The notes under the pieces: model-generated
Databases searched by the model: none
What the model saw: the letters and a program-made list of their open reading frames with translations, nothing else
What the model was told of the DNA's origin: nothing
Shown: positions 56,821 to 64,000 of the stretch, one piece after another
Numbering within the stretch: the first letter of the stretch is position 1
Layout of the letters: every line of letters begins with the position of its first letter
Origin: Macrostomum lignano
Lineage: Eukaryota
Assembly (NCBI GenBank): GCA_002269645.1
Contig: NIVC01002717.1
Span: forward strand, 1-64,000
Length of the DNA stretch: 64,000 nucleotides
Direction of reading: 5' to 3'
Made by a program: the position numbers and the translations under genes

Positions 56821-57515
56821 TTTGCAGCACAAACGGTGAAAACTTTAACAAATGAAGTCATAGTCATCACTGCATATCCACTGACAATATCGTTATTAAC
56901 AAATTTCACTATCATCTATGTCACGAGATTCGATCTCCCGCTGATCCCGTTAAACTTTGGCACGACGCAGTGATAAATATTTATTCATATTTTAAACCGT
57001 TAATCTGTTGTCCCTGCTCAGACAATAGAATAAGCGAAATATCCAGCTGATTTTGACAGTTAAACTTCTCAAAAACGCACACGCACATCGGCGAGAGGTA
57101 CCACGCTGTGCGGAGAGGCACCTCTCGCAGTGCCCGGCAGTCGCAGCTTCCAGCAGAGTCCAGCGGGACTCAGAGGCGCCTTCAAAGAGAAGCTTTTGAG
57201 AACTTGACTGACTTCAACGGGAAAGAGAGGTGAAACTTGTCGAGGAGGTGGCGGAGGATGGGTTGGGGGAGAGGGTCCGACAACTTGAGTCTGGTTCTGA
57301 GTAGCCCCACACCCCCTCCTACCCCCCGGCAGCCAATCCGAGCCCTTCCTCCGCCTCCCGCCTGTCCCAAGCCCCGCTCCCCAGCTCTCCTGAGCTCAAA
57401 CTGCTCACAAAACCGATTGCCGCCAGAGAGCGGCAGCCACTTCATCCAGCATTTCAAAACTGGCCCGAGTCAGTGTACACTAACTATCGAAGTCCTAGTA
57501 CAATAGCAAGCAGAC

Positions 57516-64000
<6,485 letters not shown>

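Overview
Animal genomic DNA, not prokaryotic. Evidence: GT-AG introns, GC-rich exons in AT-rich spacers, and a different minisatellite in almost every intron and spacer. The style resembles the flatworm Macrostomum, but that assignment is inference. Six plus-strand genes are supported: intronless rps26, intronless V-ATPase subunit E, a 6-exon KLHDC2-like kelch/BC-box CRL2 substrate receptor, intronless RBM42, an unrecognised ~880-aa single-pass membrane protein, and a FoxQ2 (fd102C/FoxQD-type) gene that runs off the window end. The rest is about 30 tandem-repeat arrays, including a ~6.2-kb near-perfect 95-bp satellite, plus decayed mobile DNA: a Merlin transposase relic, a long-TIR element next to rps26, MITEs, a tRNA-derived SINE and Helitron-like heads. 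Most ORFs in the supplied track are repeat-derived artefacts. The best leads are: (1) an apparent RIP-like CpA>TpA plus CpG hypermutation signature on TIR-transposon relics; (2) a KLHDC2-like diGly-degron receptor whose own C-terminus is a true -GG degron; (3) a possible trans-spliced housekeeping operon. All alignments and counts were done by eye.
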